Shown: positions 1 through 12,228 of the stretch, in pieces
Layout of the letters: the number at the start of each line of letters is the position of its first letter
Numbering within the stretch: the stretch's first letter is position 1
NCBI GenBank assembly: GCA_030849345.1
Contig: CP102983.1
Location: 66,911-130,910 of the forward strand
DNA: 64,000 bases
Source of the DNA: Enterobacteriaceae bacterium PC38
GTDB lineage: Bacteria; Pseudomonadota; Gammaproteobacteria; Enterobacterales; Enterobacteriaceae_A
Reading direction: 5' to 3'
The notes under the pieces: model-generated
What the model was told of the DNA's origin: nothing
Database searches by the model: none
The model's input: only the letters and a program-made list of their open reading frames with translations
Program-made: the position numbers and the translations under genes

Positions 1-2
1 TT

Positions 3-1100
3 AAATGTTTTAGAGATGAAGATTTAAGATCAGATCGTCAACCTGAATTTACACAAATTGATATAGAAACTTCATTTATGAAATATAAAAAATTAATTAA
101 ATTAATGAAAAAAATGATATATAATTTATTTTTAAAAATTAAAAAAAAAAAAATTAGTAAAATTAAAACTATTACTTTTTCTGAATCATTAAGGCGTTAT
201 GGTTCTGAAAAACCTGATTTAAGAAATTCAATAGAATTAATTGAAATAAAAGATATATTATTAAAAATGAATAAATTAAATTTTTTACCAATTAATTTTT
301 TTAAATATAATAATAATATTATTTGTATTTGTATACCTGGTGGTATTAAAATTAATATAAAATATATTTATAATTATAATAAAATAATAAATAATAACAC
401 TTTATTATGGTTTAAAATATATAGTATAAATCAAAATTTATTATATATTAAAGGAAATATTAAAAAATATATAAATAAAAAAACTTTGAGATTAATATTA
501 AAACGTGTTAATGCTAAAAAAGGAGATATGATTTTAATTGGAAGTAATATAAATGAAAAAATTTATAACATAATGGGTAATTTAAGAAAAAAAATAGGGG
601 ATAAATTAAATTTAATAAATTTAAATTATTATTCAGCAATATGTATAATATATTTTCCATTATTTAAAAAAAATAAATATAATAAAATTTCTGCAAAACA
701 TCATCCTTTTACAAATTTAAATATAAATAATATTAATAATTTGTTTAGTAATCCATTTTTATTTTTTTCAAATTCTTATGATATAATAATAAATGGTTAT
801 GAAATTGGAGGTGGTTCAGAAAGAATTCATTATAAAAAAATACAAAAAAAAATTTTTAAAATTTTAAATATTAAAAAAAATGAAATTAAGAATTTAAATT
901 TTTTATTAGAAGCATTTAAATATGGAGTTCCACCACATGCAGGTATTGCTTTTGGTTTAGATAGATTAGTTATGTTATTAACTAATACTACAAATATTAA
1001 AGATGTAATTGCTTTTCCTAAAACAACATCAGCTAAATGCTTAATGACTGAAGCGCCAAATAAAATAAATTCAAATATTTTAAAAGAATTATTATATTAA
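3..1100 (+). CDS. aspS: Aspartyl-tRNA synthetase, 5'-truncated by window edge
   Basis: Frame is open from position 3 ([25 protein letters not shown], motif 2); also [14 protein letters not shown] and [13 protein letters not shown] (motif 3). Confidence 0.97.
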   Translation, partial: KCFRDEDLRSDRQPEFTQIDIETSFMKYKKLIKLMKKMIYNLFLKIKKKKISKIKTITFSESLRRYGSEKPDLRNSIELIEIKDILLKMNKLNFLPINFFKYNNNIICICIPGGIKINIKYIYNYNKIINNNTLLWFKIYSINQNLLYIKGNIKKYINKKTLRLILKRVNAKKGDMILIGSNINEKIYNIMGNLRKKIGDKLNLINLNYYSAICIIYFPLFKKNKYNKISAKHHPFTNLNINNINNLFSNPFLFFSNSYDIIINGYEIGGGSERIHYKKIQKKIFKILNIKKNEIKNLNFLLEAFKYGVPPHAGIAFGLDRLVMLLTNTTNIKDVIAFPKTTSAKCLMTEAPNKINSNILKELLY

Positions 1101-1130
1101 TAAGAAAAATATTAAACATTAATAAAATAA

Positions 1131-2186
<1,056 letters not shown>

Positions 2187-2254
2187 TTTTAAAAAATATA
2201 AAATTATTTTTATAAAAAATTTAATAATTATTTATAGTATATTAAGGAAAAAAA

Positions 2255-2578
2255 ATGAAAAATATAATTAATATAAATAAAGATAATTTTGATGTAAATG
2301 TAATACAATCTAAATGCCCCGTTTTAGTAGATTTTTGGGCTGAATGGTGTGGGCCATGTAAAATGATGTCTTATAATTTAAATGAAATATCTAAAGAATT
2401 TATTGATAAAATTATAATTGCTAAAATTAATATTGAAGAAAATCAAGATTTTTTACAAAAATATGATATTAGAAGTATACCAACATTAATTTTATTTAAA
2501 CAAGATATTATTTTAGGTAAAATTATGGGAGTAATATCTATAGAACAAATTAAAGAATTTATATATAAAAATATTTAA
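2255..2578 (+). CDS. trxA: Thioredoxin
   Basis: DFWAEWCGPCK; trxA-rho synteny; AAGGA ribosome-binding site upstream. Confidence 0.97.
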   Translation: MKNIININKDNFDVNVIQSKCPVLVDFWAEWCGPCKMMSYNLNEISKEFIDKIIIAKINIEENQDFLQKYDIRSIPTLILFKQDIILGKIMGVISIEQIKEFIYKNI

Positions 2579-2724
2579 ATAATTATATTTTATAATATTT
2601 TAAAAAATAAATTAATTTAAAATTTAAAGTATCTAAATATTTTTAAAAGTATATTAATTTATTATAATTTTTAAATTTACAATAAATAATTTTTAATAAC
2701 ATTTTATAAAATTTGGAATTTTAA

Positions 2725-3897
2725 ATGTTTAGAAAAAAAAAATATTTACCTATTTTTAAAAATTATTCAAAAAATATTACAAACATTTATAGTAATGGTG
2801 TTTTAGAAATATTTAAAAAAGGGTACGGATTTTTAAGATCTTTAAATAATTCTTATGTATCTAATAATAATGATATTTATGTATCACCTAAACAAATTTT
2901 GCGTTTTAAATTACGTACAGGTGATACAATTTTTGGTAAAATTCGATTTTATAATAATAAAAATTTTTACCCTGCTTTATTAAAAATTAAAAAAATAAAT
3001 GGTGAAAAACCAAATATTAAAAAAAAAACTATTTATTTTAAAAATTTAACTCCATTACATACAACTAAAAAATTATATATGGAAAGAGGTAATGGTTTAA
3101 TTTCTGATTTAACATCTAGAATTTTAGATCTTGCATCACCTATTGGTAAAGGGCAAAGAGGATTAATTGTCGCACCGCCTAAAGCAGGTAAAACAATGTT
3201 ATTAAAGAGTATAGCTCAAAGTATAGTACATAATCATCCAGATTGTTTTTTAATAGTTTTATTAATTGATGAACGTCCTGAAGAAGTGACAGAAATGTTA
3301 CGTTCAGTAAAAGGTGAAATAATAGCGTCAACTTTTGATGAGTTACCAACAAGACATATTTATATTTCAGAGATGGTATTAGAAAAAGCAAAAAGATTAG
3401 TTGAATTAAAACATGATGTAGTAATTTTATTAGATTCAATAACACGTTTAGCTAGAGCATATAATTCTATAGCACCAGTATCTGGAAAAATATTAACTGG
3501 AGGAATAGATTCAAAAGCATTACATAGGCCTAAGAGATTTTTTGGAACTGCTAGAAATGTTGAAGAAGGCGGTAGTTTAACTATTATTGCAACAGCTTTA
3601 ATTGATACTGGTTCTAAAATGGATGAAGTAATATATGAAGAATTTAAAGGCACTGGTAATATGGAATTACATTTATCTCGTAGAATATCAGATAAACGAA
3701 TTTATCCTGCTATTAATTATAATAGATCAGGAACTCGAAAAGAAGAATTATTAACAACAATAGAAGAATTAAAAAAAATGTGGATATTAAGAAAAATTGT
3801 AAATATGATGGATGAAACAGATGCAATAGAGTTTCTTTCAAAAAGATTATCTATGACTAAAACAAATAAAGAATTTTTTGAAATAATGAAAAAATAA
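2725..3897 (+). CDS. rho: Transcription termination factor Rho, N-terminally shortened
   Basis: [15 protein letters not shown] (Walker A), [26 protein letters not shown]. Confidence 0.97.
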   Translation: MFRKKKYLPIFKNYSKNITNIYSNGVLEIFKKGYGFLRSLNNSYVSNNNDIYVSPKQILRFKLRTGDTIFGKIRFYNNKNFYPALLKIKKINGEKPNIKKKTIYFKNLTPLHTTKKLYMERGNGLISDLTSRILDLASPIGKGQRGLIVAPPKAGKTMLLKSIAQSIVHNHPDCFLIVLLIDERPEEVTEMLRSVKGEIIASTFDELPTRHIYISEMVLEKAKRLVELKHDVVILLDSITRLARAYNSIAPVSGKILTGGIDSKALHRPKRFFGTARNVEEGGSLTIIATALIDTGSKMDEVIYEEFKGTGNMELHLSRRISDKRIYPAINYNRSGTRKEELLTTIEELKKMWILRKIVNMMDETDAIEFLSKRLSMTKTNKEFFEIMKK

Positions 3898-3948
3898 ATT
3901 TATAAATCTTAAAATAATATTTTAATAATAAAATTAAATAAATTAAAA

Positions 3949-4359
3949 TTATACAATATTATCATTAATCCAACTTTTTAAAATTAATTTAGATGAAATA
4001 GAATCTAAATAAATATTCTTAATTTTATATTTTTTTTTATAAATTAAAAAAAAATATTTTGCTTCTTTTGTACTTAAAAATTCATTATGAAATAAAATTT
4101 TAATATTAAATTTATTATAAAAAATTATAGAAAATTTTAAAATTATATACAAAAATAACAAATTTTTATTATTTAAATTTATTGGTAATCCAATTATAAT
4201 AAAAATAGGGTTCCAATTTTTTATTAAATGTTTAATTTTATTCCAATTAATTTTACTATTATTTATTTTAAAAGGTTTTAATAAAGATATAGTTTTTGTT
4301 ATTTTTTGCCCAACTGACATTCCAATTTTTTTAATTCCAAAATCAAATGATATAAACAT
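3949..4359 (-). CDS. yqgF: YqgF/RuvX family pre-16S rRNA nuclease
   Basis: SFDFGIKKIGMSVGQ, IIGLP, NEFLSTKEA, LDSIS match YqgF motifs. Confidence 0.88.
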   Translation of the reverse strand: MFISFDFGIKKIGMSVGQKITKTISLLKPFKINNSKINWNKIKHLIKNWNPIFIIIGLPINLNNKNLLFLYIILKFSIIFYNKFNIKILFHNEFLSTKEAKYFFLIYKKKYKIKNIYLDSISSKLILKSWINDNIV

Positions 4360-4400
4360 TATAAATAAAATAATTTAATTATTAATTTATATAAAATAAT

Positions 4401-5936
4401 TTAAAAAGAAAAAATTATTTTATTATCTTTAATTTTAATAAATTTTATTTTAATTATTTTATTAATTTTAAAAAATGAAAAATTTTTATTTTTATTTTTT
4501 TTTATAAAAATTATTAAATTATTACCTAAATTTATTTTTATTTTTTTTTGTTTTGTTAAAATTATTTTACCTAATATAAAATTATTTTTTTTATATATAT
4601 TAAAAAAAATATTGAATTGATTTTTATGAATTTGTTTAATTCCTAAAGATATTTTTTCATTTTCAACATCTACATGTAAAATAATACCTTTTATTAAGTA
4701 TCCTTGATAATATTTATTTATTTTTTTTTTTTGTGATAATTTCCATGAAAGATCAGTTAAATGTATTAAACCATCAATACCTCCAAATAAACCTATAAAA
4801 ATACCAAAATCAGTAATAGATTTAATTATACCTTTAATAATTTTTTTTTTTTTTTTAATAGTTAAAAATTTTTTCCATGGATTAATTTTACATTGTTTAA
4901 TACCTAAAGAAATTCTTCTTCTTTTTATATCAATATTTAAAATCATTACTTTTATTTTTTTATTTATTTTTATAATTTTAGATAAATTTATATTTTTTTT
5001 ATTCCATATCATTTCTGAATTATGTACTAAACCTTCTATTCCATCTTCTATTTCAACAAAACAACCATAATTAGTTAAATTACTAATACGTCCTTTTGTA
5101 ATAAAACCTTTAGGATAACGTTTCATTATATTATTCCAAGGATCAATAATACGTTGTTTTAATCCTAAAGATACTCGTTTATTTAATTTGTCAAATTTAA
5201 TAATTTTTAAAAAAATTTCATCACCTATATTAATAATATCACTAGGATGATTAATTCTTTTCCAAGATATATCTGTTATGTGTAATAAACCATCTAAACC
5301 GCCTATATCAATAAATGCACCATAATCTGTTAAATTTTTAACTATGCCTTTAATATTTAAACCTTCTTTTATTTTTTTAATAGGTTTTTTAACTTTATAA
5401 TTATATATTAATTTAATTGCTGCTTTACGAGAAACTACAATATTATTTCTTTTTTTATCTAATTTAATAATTTTAAATTTTAATTTTTTACCTTCTAAAT
5501 GTTTAATGTCTTTTACAGGTTTTAAGTCTACTAATGAACCAGGTAAAAAAGCTTTTATATTATTTAAATTAACATTAAAACCACCTTTAGTTTTACCATT
5601 TATTATTCCATAAATATTAGTTGAATTTTTAAGAACATTTTTAAAAAATAACCATTCTTGATTTTGTTTTGCTTTTTCATATGATAATGTAGTAATACCA
5701 AAACCATTATCAACATTTTCTAAAACAACATTAATTTTGTCACCTAATTTAACAATTAACGATTTTTTTTTATTTTTAAATTCATTAATAGAAACAGCAG
5801 ATATTGATTTTAATCCAGTATCTATATAAACAAATTCTTTATTAATAGACATAATATATCCTTTTAATAAAGATCCTATTTTAATAGTTTTTTTATCATA
5901 AATTTTTTTGAAAATTTCACTAAATTTTTTTAACAT
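4401..5936 (-). CDS. rpsA: 30S ribosomal protein S1, last domain eroded
   Basis: Repeated S1 domains: AFLPGSLVD, VKNLTDYGAFIDIGGLDGLLHITDISW, TDFGIFIGL. Confidence 0.97.
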   Translation of the reverse strand: MLKKFSEIFKKIYDKKTIKIGSLLKGYIMSINKEFVYIDTGLKSISAVSINEFKNKKKSLIVKLGDKINVVLENVDNGFGITTLSYEKAKQNQEWLFFKNVLKNSTNIYGIINGKTKGGFNVNLNNIKAFLPGSLVDLKPVKDIKHLEGKKLKFKIIKLDKKRNNIVVSRKAAIKLIYNYKVKKPIKKIKEGLNIKGIVKNLTDYGAFIDIGGLDGLLHITDISWKRINHPSDIINIGDEIFLKIIKFDKLNKRVSLGLKQRIIDPWNNIMKRYPKGFITKGRISNLTNYGCFVEIEDGIEGLVHNSEMIWNKKNINLSKIIKINKKIKVMILNIDIKRRRISLGIKQCKINPWKKFLTIKKKKKIIKGIIKSITDFGIFIGLFGGIDGLIHLTDLSWKLSQKKKINKYYQGYLIKGIILHVDVENEKISLGIKQIHKNQFNIFFNIYKKNNFILGKIILTKQKKIKINLGNNLIIFIKKNKNKNFSFFKINKIIKIKFIKIKDNKIIFSF

Positions 5937-6342
5937 TTTATAACTTAATAATTATTAATAAATTATATAATATAAATTTATTTATTATTTAAAATTTTAA
6001 TATTTTTAATTTTTTATTAATTAAATTTAATAATGTTATTTTTTATTAAATATAATAAATATTAAAAATAATTAAAATATTTAATTTAATTTATATTTTA
6101 ATATTATTTATTATTTTAACAAATTTTATTTTAATAATATTTAATTTATAATAAAATTATAAATTAAATTATATTTAAAATTAAAATTTAAATTATAATA
6201 AATATTTTTTATTTATTAAAATTGTATTTATTAAATTATAATTATAATAAATATTACATTTTAATTATAATATAAAATTAATTATTATCAAATTTATGTA
6301 AATTTAATAAATATAATTAATTTTAAAATATTTAATTATCAT

Positions 6343-7788
6343 TTATGTTATATACAAAATTCTACTAGTATTAGTATTACCAGAAGTACCAATAATATCA
6401 CCATTAGTAAATACTATTAAATCTCCAATAATTAATAGTTTTATTGTTAATAAATGTTTAATAATATGATTAATAGTAAATAAATAATTATTATTATTAT
6501 TTTTATAATATATTGGTGTAACTCCTCTATATAAAGATGCTAATCTTAAAGCATTTTTATGACGTGAAATAGCTAAAATAGGAATTTCTGAAATAATACG
6601 TGACATCATAAAAGCAGTACGCCCAGATTCAGTTATAGTTATAATAGCAGTAACTCCTTTTAAATGATTTGCTATATAAACTGAAGCTATAGCTATTGCG
6701 TCAGATATACAATTAAATTGAATATTTAAAAATTTTTTATAATCATTAAAACTAGGTATTTTTTCAGCACCTATGCATATATTAGCCATAATTTTAACAG
6801 TTTCTACAGGATATTTACCTGTTGCTGTTTCTGCAGATAACATTACAGCATCAGTTCCATCTAAAACAGAATTTGCAACATCCATTACTTCAGCTCTTGT
6901 TGGTATTGAGTTAATTATCATTGAATCCATCATTTGAGTTGCTGTAATAACTGCTCTATTTAAAAAACGTGCACGATTTATTATTTTTTTTTGTGCTCCA
7001 ATTAATTCTGAATAACCAATTTCAACACCTAAATCACCTCTTGCAACCATTACTGCATCTGAAGATAAAATAATTTCATCTAAAATTTCATCATTATTTA
7101 TTACTTCTGCTCTTTCTATTTTTGAAATAATTTTTGCTTTACAACCTGATTTTTTAGATAAATAACGTGCTTCTTTTAAATCAGAACTACTACTAGGAAA
7201 AGAAACAGCTAAATAATCAAAGCCAATTTTTGAAGCAATAATAATATCTTTTTTATCTTTATCTGTTAAACTTTTAGCTGAAATTCCTCCCCCTAATTTA
7301 TTAATACCTTTATTATTTGATAAAATACCACCGATAAGAACTTTAGTAAATATTTTACTATCTATAATTTTAATAACTTTAATTTGTATATGTCCATCAT
7401 CTAACACTAAAATATCACCTGGAATTACATCATTTACTAAATTTTTATATTCAAAACCTACTGTATTCATATTACCTTCATTTTTTTTTAAATTATAATC
7501 TAATATAAAAATATTATTAACATATAATTTAATAAAACCATTTATAAATGAAGATATTCTTATTTTAGGTCCTTGTAAATCTACTAAAATTGCAATATAT
7601 TTATTTATTTTTTTTGATATTGATTTTACTTTATCAGCTCTTATTTGATGTTCTTTTATTGAACCATGTGAAAAATTTAATCTAACAACATTAACGCCAG
7701 CTAATATTATTTTTTTTAAATTATTATTTATATCTGTTGCTGGACCTAATGTTGCAATTATTTTTGTTTTTCTTAAAAAATTAATCAT
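6343..7788 (-). CDS. pykA: Pyruvate kinase II
   Basis: LRKTKIIATLGPATD, DLQGPKIR, MVARGDLGVE, TATQMMDSM, DGTDAVMLSAETA. Confidence 0.95.
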   Translation of the reverse strand: MINFLRKTKIIATLGPATDINNNLKKIILAGVNVVRLNFSHGSIKEHQIRADKVKSISKKINKYIAILVDLQGPKIRISSFINGFIKLYVNNIFILDYNLKKNEGNMNTVGFEYKNLVNDVIPGDILVLDDGHIQIKVIKIIDSKIFTKVLIGGILSNNKGINKLGGGISAKSLTDKDKKDIIIASKIGFDYLAVSFPSSSSDLKEARYLSKKSGCKAKIISKIERAEVINNDEILDEIILSSDAVMVARGDLGVEIGYSELIGAQKKIINRARFLNRAVITATQMMDSMIINSIPTRAEVMDVANSVLDGTDAVMLSAETATGKYPVETVKIMANICIGAEKIPSFNDYKKFLNIQFNCISDAIAIASVYIANHLKGVTAIITITESGRTAFMMSRIISEIPILAISRHKNALRLASLYRGVTPIYYKNNNNNYLFTINHIIKHLLTIKLLIIGDLIVFTNGDIIGTSGNTNTSRILYIT

Positions 7789-7909
7789 ATAAAAATCCTA
7801 TTTAAATTTTAAAAAAAAAATTAAAATAATATATATTTATTAAATTAAATATTAAATTATATTTATAATAAATTAATATTAATAAAAATAATAACAAATA
7901 TTTATCAAA

Positions 7910-9160
7910 TTAATATTTATAAATTAATTTTGGTCTTTTAATTTTAGTAACAATTTTTTTATCTATAATTAAAGTAATATTATTATATTTTATTGAAGGT
8001 AAATCATACATAACATTAAGTAACATTTCTTCAACAATAGTTCTTAATCCTCTTGCACCAGTTTTTCTTTTTATAGTTTTTTTAGCTATTTCAATTAAAG
8101 CGCAATCAGTAAATATTAATTTTATATTATCTATATATAATAAAATTTGATATTGTTTAATTATTGAATTTTTAGGTTTTTTTAAAATTTGTGCTAATAT
8201 TTTTTCATCTAAATCATTAAGAGTAGCTATAATTGGTATTCTTCCAATAAATTCAGGAATTAAACCAAATTTAATTAAATCATTAGGTTCAATTTTTGGA
8301 AATAATGATTTTTTTTTTATCTCATTAATATTTTTTTTAATATTAGCAACAAATCCAATACCAGTATTTTTATTAATACGTTGTTCTAATATTTTTTCTA
8401 ATCCAGAAAATGAACCACCACAAATAAATAATATTTTAGATGTATCAATTTGTATAAATTCTTGATTTGGATGTTTTCTACCCCCCAATGGTGATACAGA
8501 AGCAATTGTTCCTTCTATTATTTTTAATAAAGCTTGTTGTACACCTTCACCTGAAACATCTCTTGTAATTGATGGATTATTTGATTTTTTTGCAATTTTA
8601 TCAATTTCATCTATATAAATAATTCCACGTTGCGCTTCATCTATATTATAATCACATTTAATTAAAAGTTTTTGTAATATATTTTCAACATCTTCTCCGA
8701 CATAACCTGCTTCAGTTAATGTAGTTGCATCAGCTGTTGCAAATGGTACAAATAAAAAATTAGCAAGAGTTTCAGCTAATAAAGTTTTACCACTACCAGT
8801 TGGTCCTATTAATAATATATTACTTTTTTTTAATTCTAATAAATTTGAATCAGCATTTTTTTTTAAACGTTTATAATGATTATACACTGCTACAGATAAA
8901 ATTTTTTTAGCTTCACTTTGACCAATAACATAATTATTTAAATGTTCACATATTTTATAAGGTGTAGGTAATTTTATTTTAGTTTTTTTATAATTAATAT
9001 ATTCTTCAAATTCTTTAAATATTATTTCATTACATATATTAACACAAAGATCACATATATATACAGATGGACCAGAAATTAAAATTCGTAATATTTGTTT
9101 ATTATCTCCGCAAAAAGAACAATTTGGTATAAAATTATATTTTATATATCTTCTTGCCAT
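7910..9160 (-). CDS. clpX: ATP-dependent Clp protease ATPase subunit
   Basis: CSFC..CDLC zinc domain, [25 protein letters not shown] loop, GARGLR. Confidence 0.98.
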   Translation of the reverse strand: MARRYIKYNFIPNCSFCGDNKQILRILISGPSVYICDLCVNICNEIIFKEFEEYINYKKTKIKLPTPYKICEHLNNYVIGQSEAKKILSVAVYNHYKRLKKNADSNLLELKKSNILLIGPTGSGKTLLAETLANFLFVPFATADATTLTEAGYVGEDVENILQKLLIKCDYNIDEAQRGIIYIDEIDKIAKKSNNPSITRDVSGEGVQQALLKIIEGTIASVSPLGGRKHPNQEFIQIDTSKILFICGGSFSGLEKILEQRINKNTGIGFVANIKKNINEIKKKSLFPKIEPNDLIKFGLIPEFIGRIPIIATLNDLDEKILAQILKKPKNSIIKQYQILLYIDNIKLIFTDCALIEIAKKTIKRKTGARGLRTIVEEMLLNVMYDLPSIKYNNITLIIDKKIVTKIKRPKLIYKY

Positions 9161-9185
9161 TTATTATCCTTAAAATAAATTTTTA

Positions 9186-9295
9186 AAATAAAATTATTTA
9201 CTAACTTAATTAAAAAATTAAATTAGTAAATAAAATTATTTACTAACTTAATTAAAAAATTAAATTAGTAAATAAAATTATTTACTAACTTAATT
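9186..9295. repeat. 42-bp perfect tandem repeat (~2.6 copies); each full unit is a hairpin
   Basis: Unit AAATAAAATTATTTACTAACTTAATTAAAAAATTAAATTAGT; CTAACTTAATT begins at 9201, 9243 and 9285. Confidence 0.95.
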
Positions 9296-9301
9296 TTAAA
9301 A

Positions 9302-9928
9302 TTAAATTCTATGTGTAAAAATTTTATCTATTATGCCGTAATTTAATGCTTCTTTAGCATTCATAAAAAAATCACGGTCAGTATCTAAATTTATTTTTTC
9401 TAGAGATTGCCCAGTATGTTTAGAAATTAATAGATTTAATTTTTTTTTTGTTTTTATAATTTCTTTAGTATGTATTTCAATATCACTAACTTGACCATTA
9501 TAACCACCTAATGGTTGATGAATCATAATAGAAGAATTAGGAAGACAAAAACGTTTTTTTTTTGTACCAGCCATTAATAAAAATGATCCCATAGAACATG
9601 CTTGACCAATACACATTGTACTTATATCAGATTTTATAAACTGCATAGTATCATAAATTGACATTCCTGAAGTTATAATTCCTCCTGGTGAATTTATATA
9701 CATATAAATATCTTTTTCTGAATTATTTGATTCAAGATATAATAATTGTGCTGTTATTAAATTAGCAACATAATCATCTATTATACCAGTTAAAAAAATA
9801 ATACGATCTTTTAATAAACGAGAAAATATATCATATGTTTTTTCACCATATAAAGTTCTTTCAGATACAACAGGAATTAATGATAATATTTTATTAAAAT
9901 TATTTAAATTAAATTTATTGTAAATCAT
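9302..9928 (-). CDS. clpP: Clp protease proteolytic subunit
   Basis: [28 protein letters not shown] (catalytic Ser), MIHQPLGG (His), DRDFFM. Confidence 0.98.
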   Translation of the reverse strand: MIYNKFNLNNFNKILSLIPVVSERTLYGEKTYDIFSRLLKDRIIFLTGIIDDYVANLITAQLLYLESNNSEKDIYMYINSPGGIITSGMSIYDTMQFIKSDISTMCIGQACSMGSFLLMAGTKKKRFCLPNSSIMIHQPLGGYNGQVSDIEIHTKEIIKTKKKLNLLISKHTGQSLEKINLDTDRDFFMNAKEALNYGIIDKIFTHRI

Positions 9929-10002
9929 AAGTAATCCTTTTTAAAATAATTTAAAATATATAACATAATTTAAAAACAATTTATTTTAATAATATTTAAA
10001 AA

Positions 10003-10740
10003 TTAAATAAAAAAACGTTGACGAATAATTTCAAATAATATTATTCCTACTGAAACTGAAACATTAAGTGATTTAATATTACCAAATAATGGAATATTTA
10101 TTAATTTATCACATAATTTTATTGTTTTTTTTTTTAAACCTTTATTTTCTGATCCAAAAATTAAAGCTAATGGAATATTAAAATTATTTTTATAAAAAAT
10201 ATTATTATAATTACATATAGTTCCTATTATTTTAATATTAATTTTTTTGAGAAATATTAAAATTTTAGATAAATTAATTATTTTAATAATAGGTATATTA
10301 TCACAAGCACCACATGCAGTTTTTTTAACTAAAGAATTTAATTTAGCTGAATTATTTTTAGGAATAATTATTATATTTACTCCAGCAGCATATGCATTTC
10401 TAATACAAGCTCCTAAATTTCTAGGATCTGTAATACTATCAAAAATTAATAATATAGGTTTTTTAAAGTTTTTTAAAATATGACAAATATCTTTTTCTGA
10501 ATATTTTTTTAACTTATATATTTCAGCAATTATTCCTTGATGAATTAAATTACCAATTTTTTTATTTAAAAATTTTTTATTACAAAAATTTATTGGTATT
10601 TTTTTTTTTTTTAAATTTTTAATAATTATATTTATTTTTAAGTCATTTCTATTTTTATAAATAAAAACTTTAATTAATCTTTTATAAGAAAAATATAATA
10701 AATTCTCTATAGGATGAATACCGTAAATTATTTCTTTCAT
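10003..10740 (-). CDS. rlmB: 23S rRNA Gm2251 methyltransferase (SpoU family)
   Basis: IYGIHP, HQGIIA, DSITDPRNLGACIR, GSENKGL, SLNVSV. Confidence 0.93.
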   Translation of the reverse strand: MKEIIYGIHPIENLLYFSYKRLIKVFIYKNRNDLKINIIIKNLKKKKIPINFCNKKFLNKKIGNLIHQGIIAEIYKLKKYSEKDICHILKNFKKPILLIFDSITDPRNLGACIRNAYAAGVNIIIIPKNNSAKLNSLVKKTACGACDNIPIIKIINLSKILIFLKKINIKIIGTICNYNNIFYKNNFNIPLALIFGSENKGLKKKTIKLCDKLINIPLFGNIKSLNVSVSVGIILFEIIRQRFFI

Positions 10741-10890
10741 TTATTTAAAAATATTAAATAATAAATATTTTATTTAAAAAAAATAAAATTAAATTAAAAA
10801 TTTAAAAAATACATTAATAATATTTATAAAATTATAAATAATAAAATATTTGTTTTAAATTATTAAAATTTAATTATAATAATTTGATAA

Positions 10891-12096
10891 TTATTTTTTA
10901 AGTAATTTATTATTTGTAAATTTATTAGGTAAGAAAATTGCAAAAATTCCAATTAAGGGTAAAAAAGAACATATTTTGTAAACAAAATTAATATTTGTAG
11001 AATCTGCAATATATCCTAATATTAATGCTCCTAGTCCACTAATAGCAAAAGCACAACCAAATAATATACCTGAAATAGTACCAAATTTACCAGGTATTAA
11101 TTCTTGAGAATATATTAATATTGAAGAAAAAGCAGAAGCCATTATAAAACCAATAATCATTGTTAAAATACCTATCCAATTTAAAGAAGTGTATGGTAAA
11201 ATAATTGTAAATGGCGCAGCTCCAAAAATAGATGTTAAAATAACATATTTTCTACCAAATTTATCACCTATAGGTCCTCCAATCATACTACCTAAAGTAA
11301 TAGAAGATAAAAACATAAATAAATGCATTTGAGCGTTTTGTACTGAAATTCCAAATTTATTTATTATATAAAAAGTATAGTAACTACTAATACTAGTTAA
11401 ATAAAAATATTTTGAAAATAATAAAAAAAATAAAATTAACATTGGAAAAAAAATTTTTTTAATAGAAAAATTAAATTTATTTTTAGTTATATTTTTAATT
11501 ATAGATTTATAATGTTTTTTTTTATACCATTTTCCTACACGAAATAAAATAATCATTGATATTAAAGCAATAAAATTGAACCAAATTACGTTTTTTACAC
11601 CATATGGTATAATAATAATTGCAGCAAGTAATGGTCCAAAAGCGCTACCTAAATTACCTCCTACTTGTAATAAAGATTGTGCTAATCCATATTTACCACC
11701 TGAAGCCATACTAGCTACTCTAGCTGATTCTGGATGAAATATTGAAGAACCAGTACCAACTAATGCTGCAGCTACTAAAACTAAATAAAATACATTAGCA
11801 ATAGAAAGTATTAGTAAACCAAAAAACATAAAACTCATACCTATAAGTAAAGAAAATGGTTGTGGATATTTATCAATATAAAAACCGATAATTGGTTGTA
11901 ATAAAGATGCGGTTAATTGATAAGTAAGAGTAATAAACCCTACTTGTCTAAAACTTAATCTAAAATTTTTTTGTAAAATAGGATAAATTGATAATAATAA
12001 AGATTGAATTATATCATTAAAAAAATGTGAAATTGCAATTGCACATAATATATAAAATACTGGTTTTATTATTTTTTTTTTTTTATTTATAATCAT
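10891..12096 (-). CDS. fsr: MFS transporter, Fsr (fosmidomycin-efflux) family
   Basis: SHFFNDIIQS, LLQPIIG, GTGSSIFHPESARVA, GLAQSLLQVGGNLGSAFGPLLAA, GGPIGDKFGRK; multiple hydrophobic segments. Confidence 0.9.
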   Translation of the reverse strand: MIINKKKKIIKPVFYILCAIAISHFFNDIIQSLLLSIYPILQKNFRLSFRQVGFITLTYQLTASLLQPIIGFYIDKYPQPFSLLIGMSFMFFGLLILSIANVFYLVLVAAALVGTGSSIFHPESARVASMASGGKYGLAQSLLQVGGNLGSAFGPLLAAIIIIPYGVKNVIWFNFIALISMIILFRVGKWYKKKHYKSIIKNITKNKFNFSIKKIFFPMLILFFLLFSKYFYLTSISSYYTFYIINKFGISVQNAQMHLFMFLSSITLGSMIGGPIGDKFGRKYVILTSIFGAAPFTIILPYTSLNWIGILTMIIGFIMASAFSSILIYSQELIPGKFGTISGILFGCAFAISGLGALILGYIADSTNINFVYKICSFLPLIGIFAIFLPNKFTNNKLLKK

Positions 12097-12228
12097 TTAA
12101 AAAAAATCCTTTTAAAAATTATTATTTTAAAATATACATTATTATTATATAAATATGTGTACAATAATTATATTTATTAAATTAAATATAAAATTTATTA
12201 ATGTTAATAATTAATAATGAGATTATTA

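Noticed and set aside
9186..9295. Repeat as a CRISPR array
   Set aside because: Units are directly adjacent and identical with no unique spacers, and no cas genes are in the window.
12156..12164. DnaA-box-like TGTGTACAA between fsr and serS
   Set aside because: A single copy with a mismatch to TTWTNCACA; could be chance.
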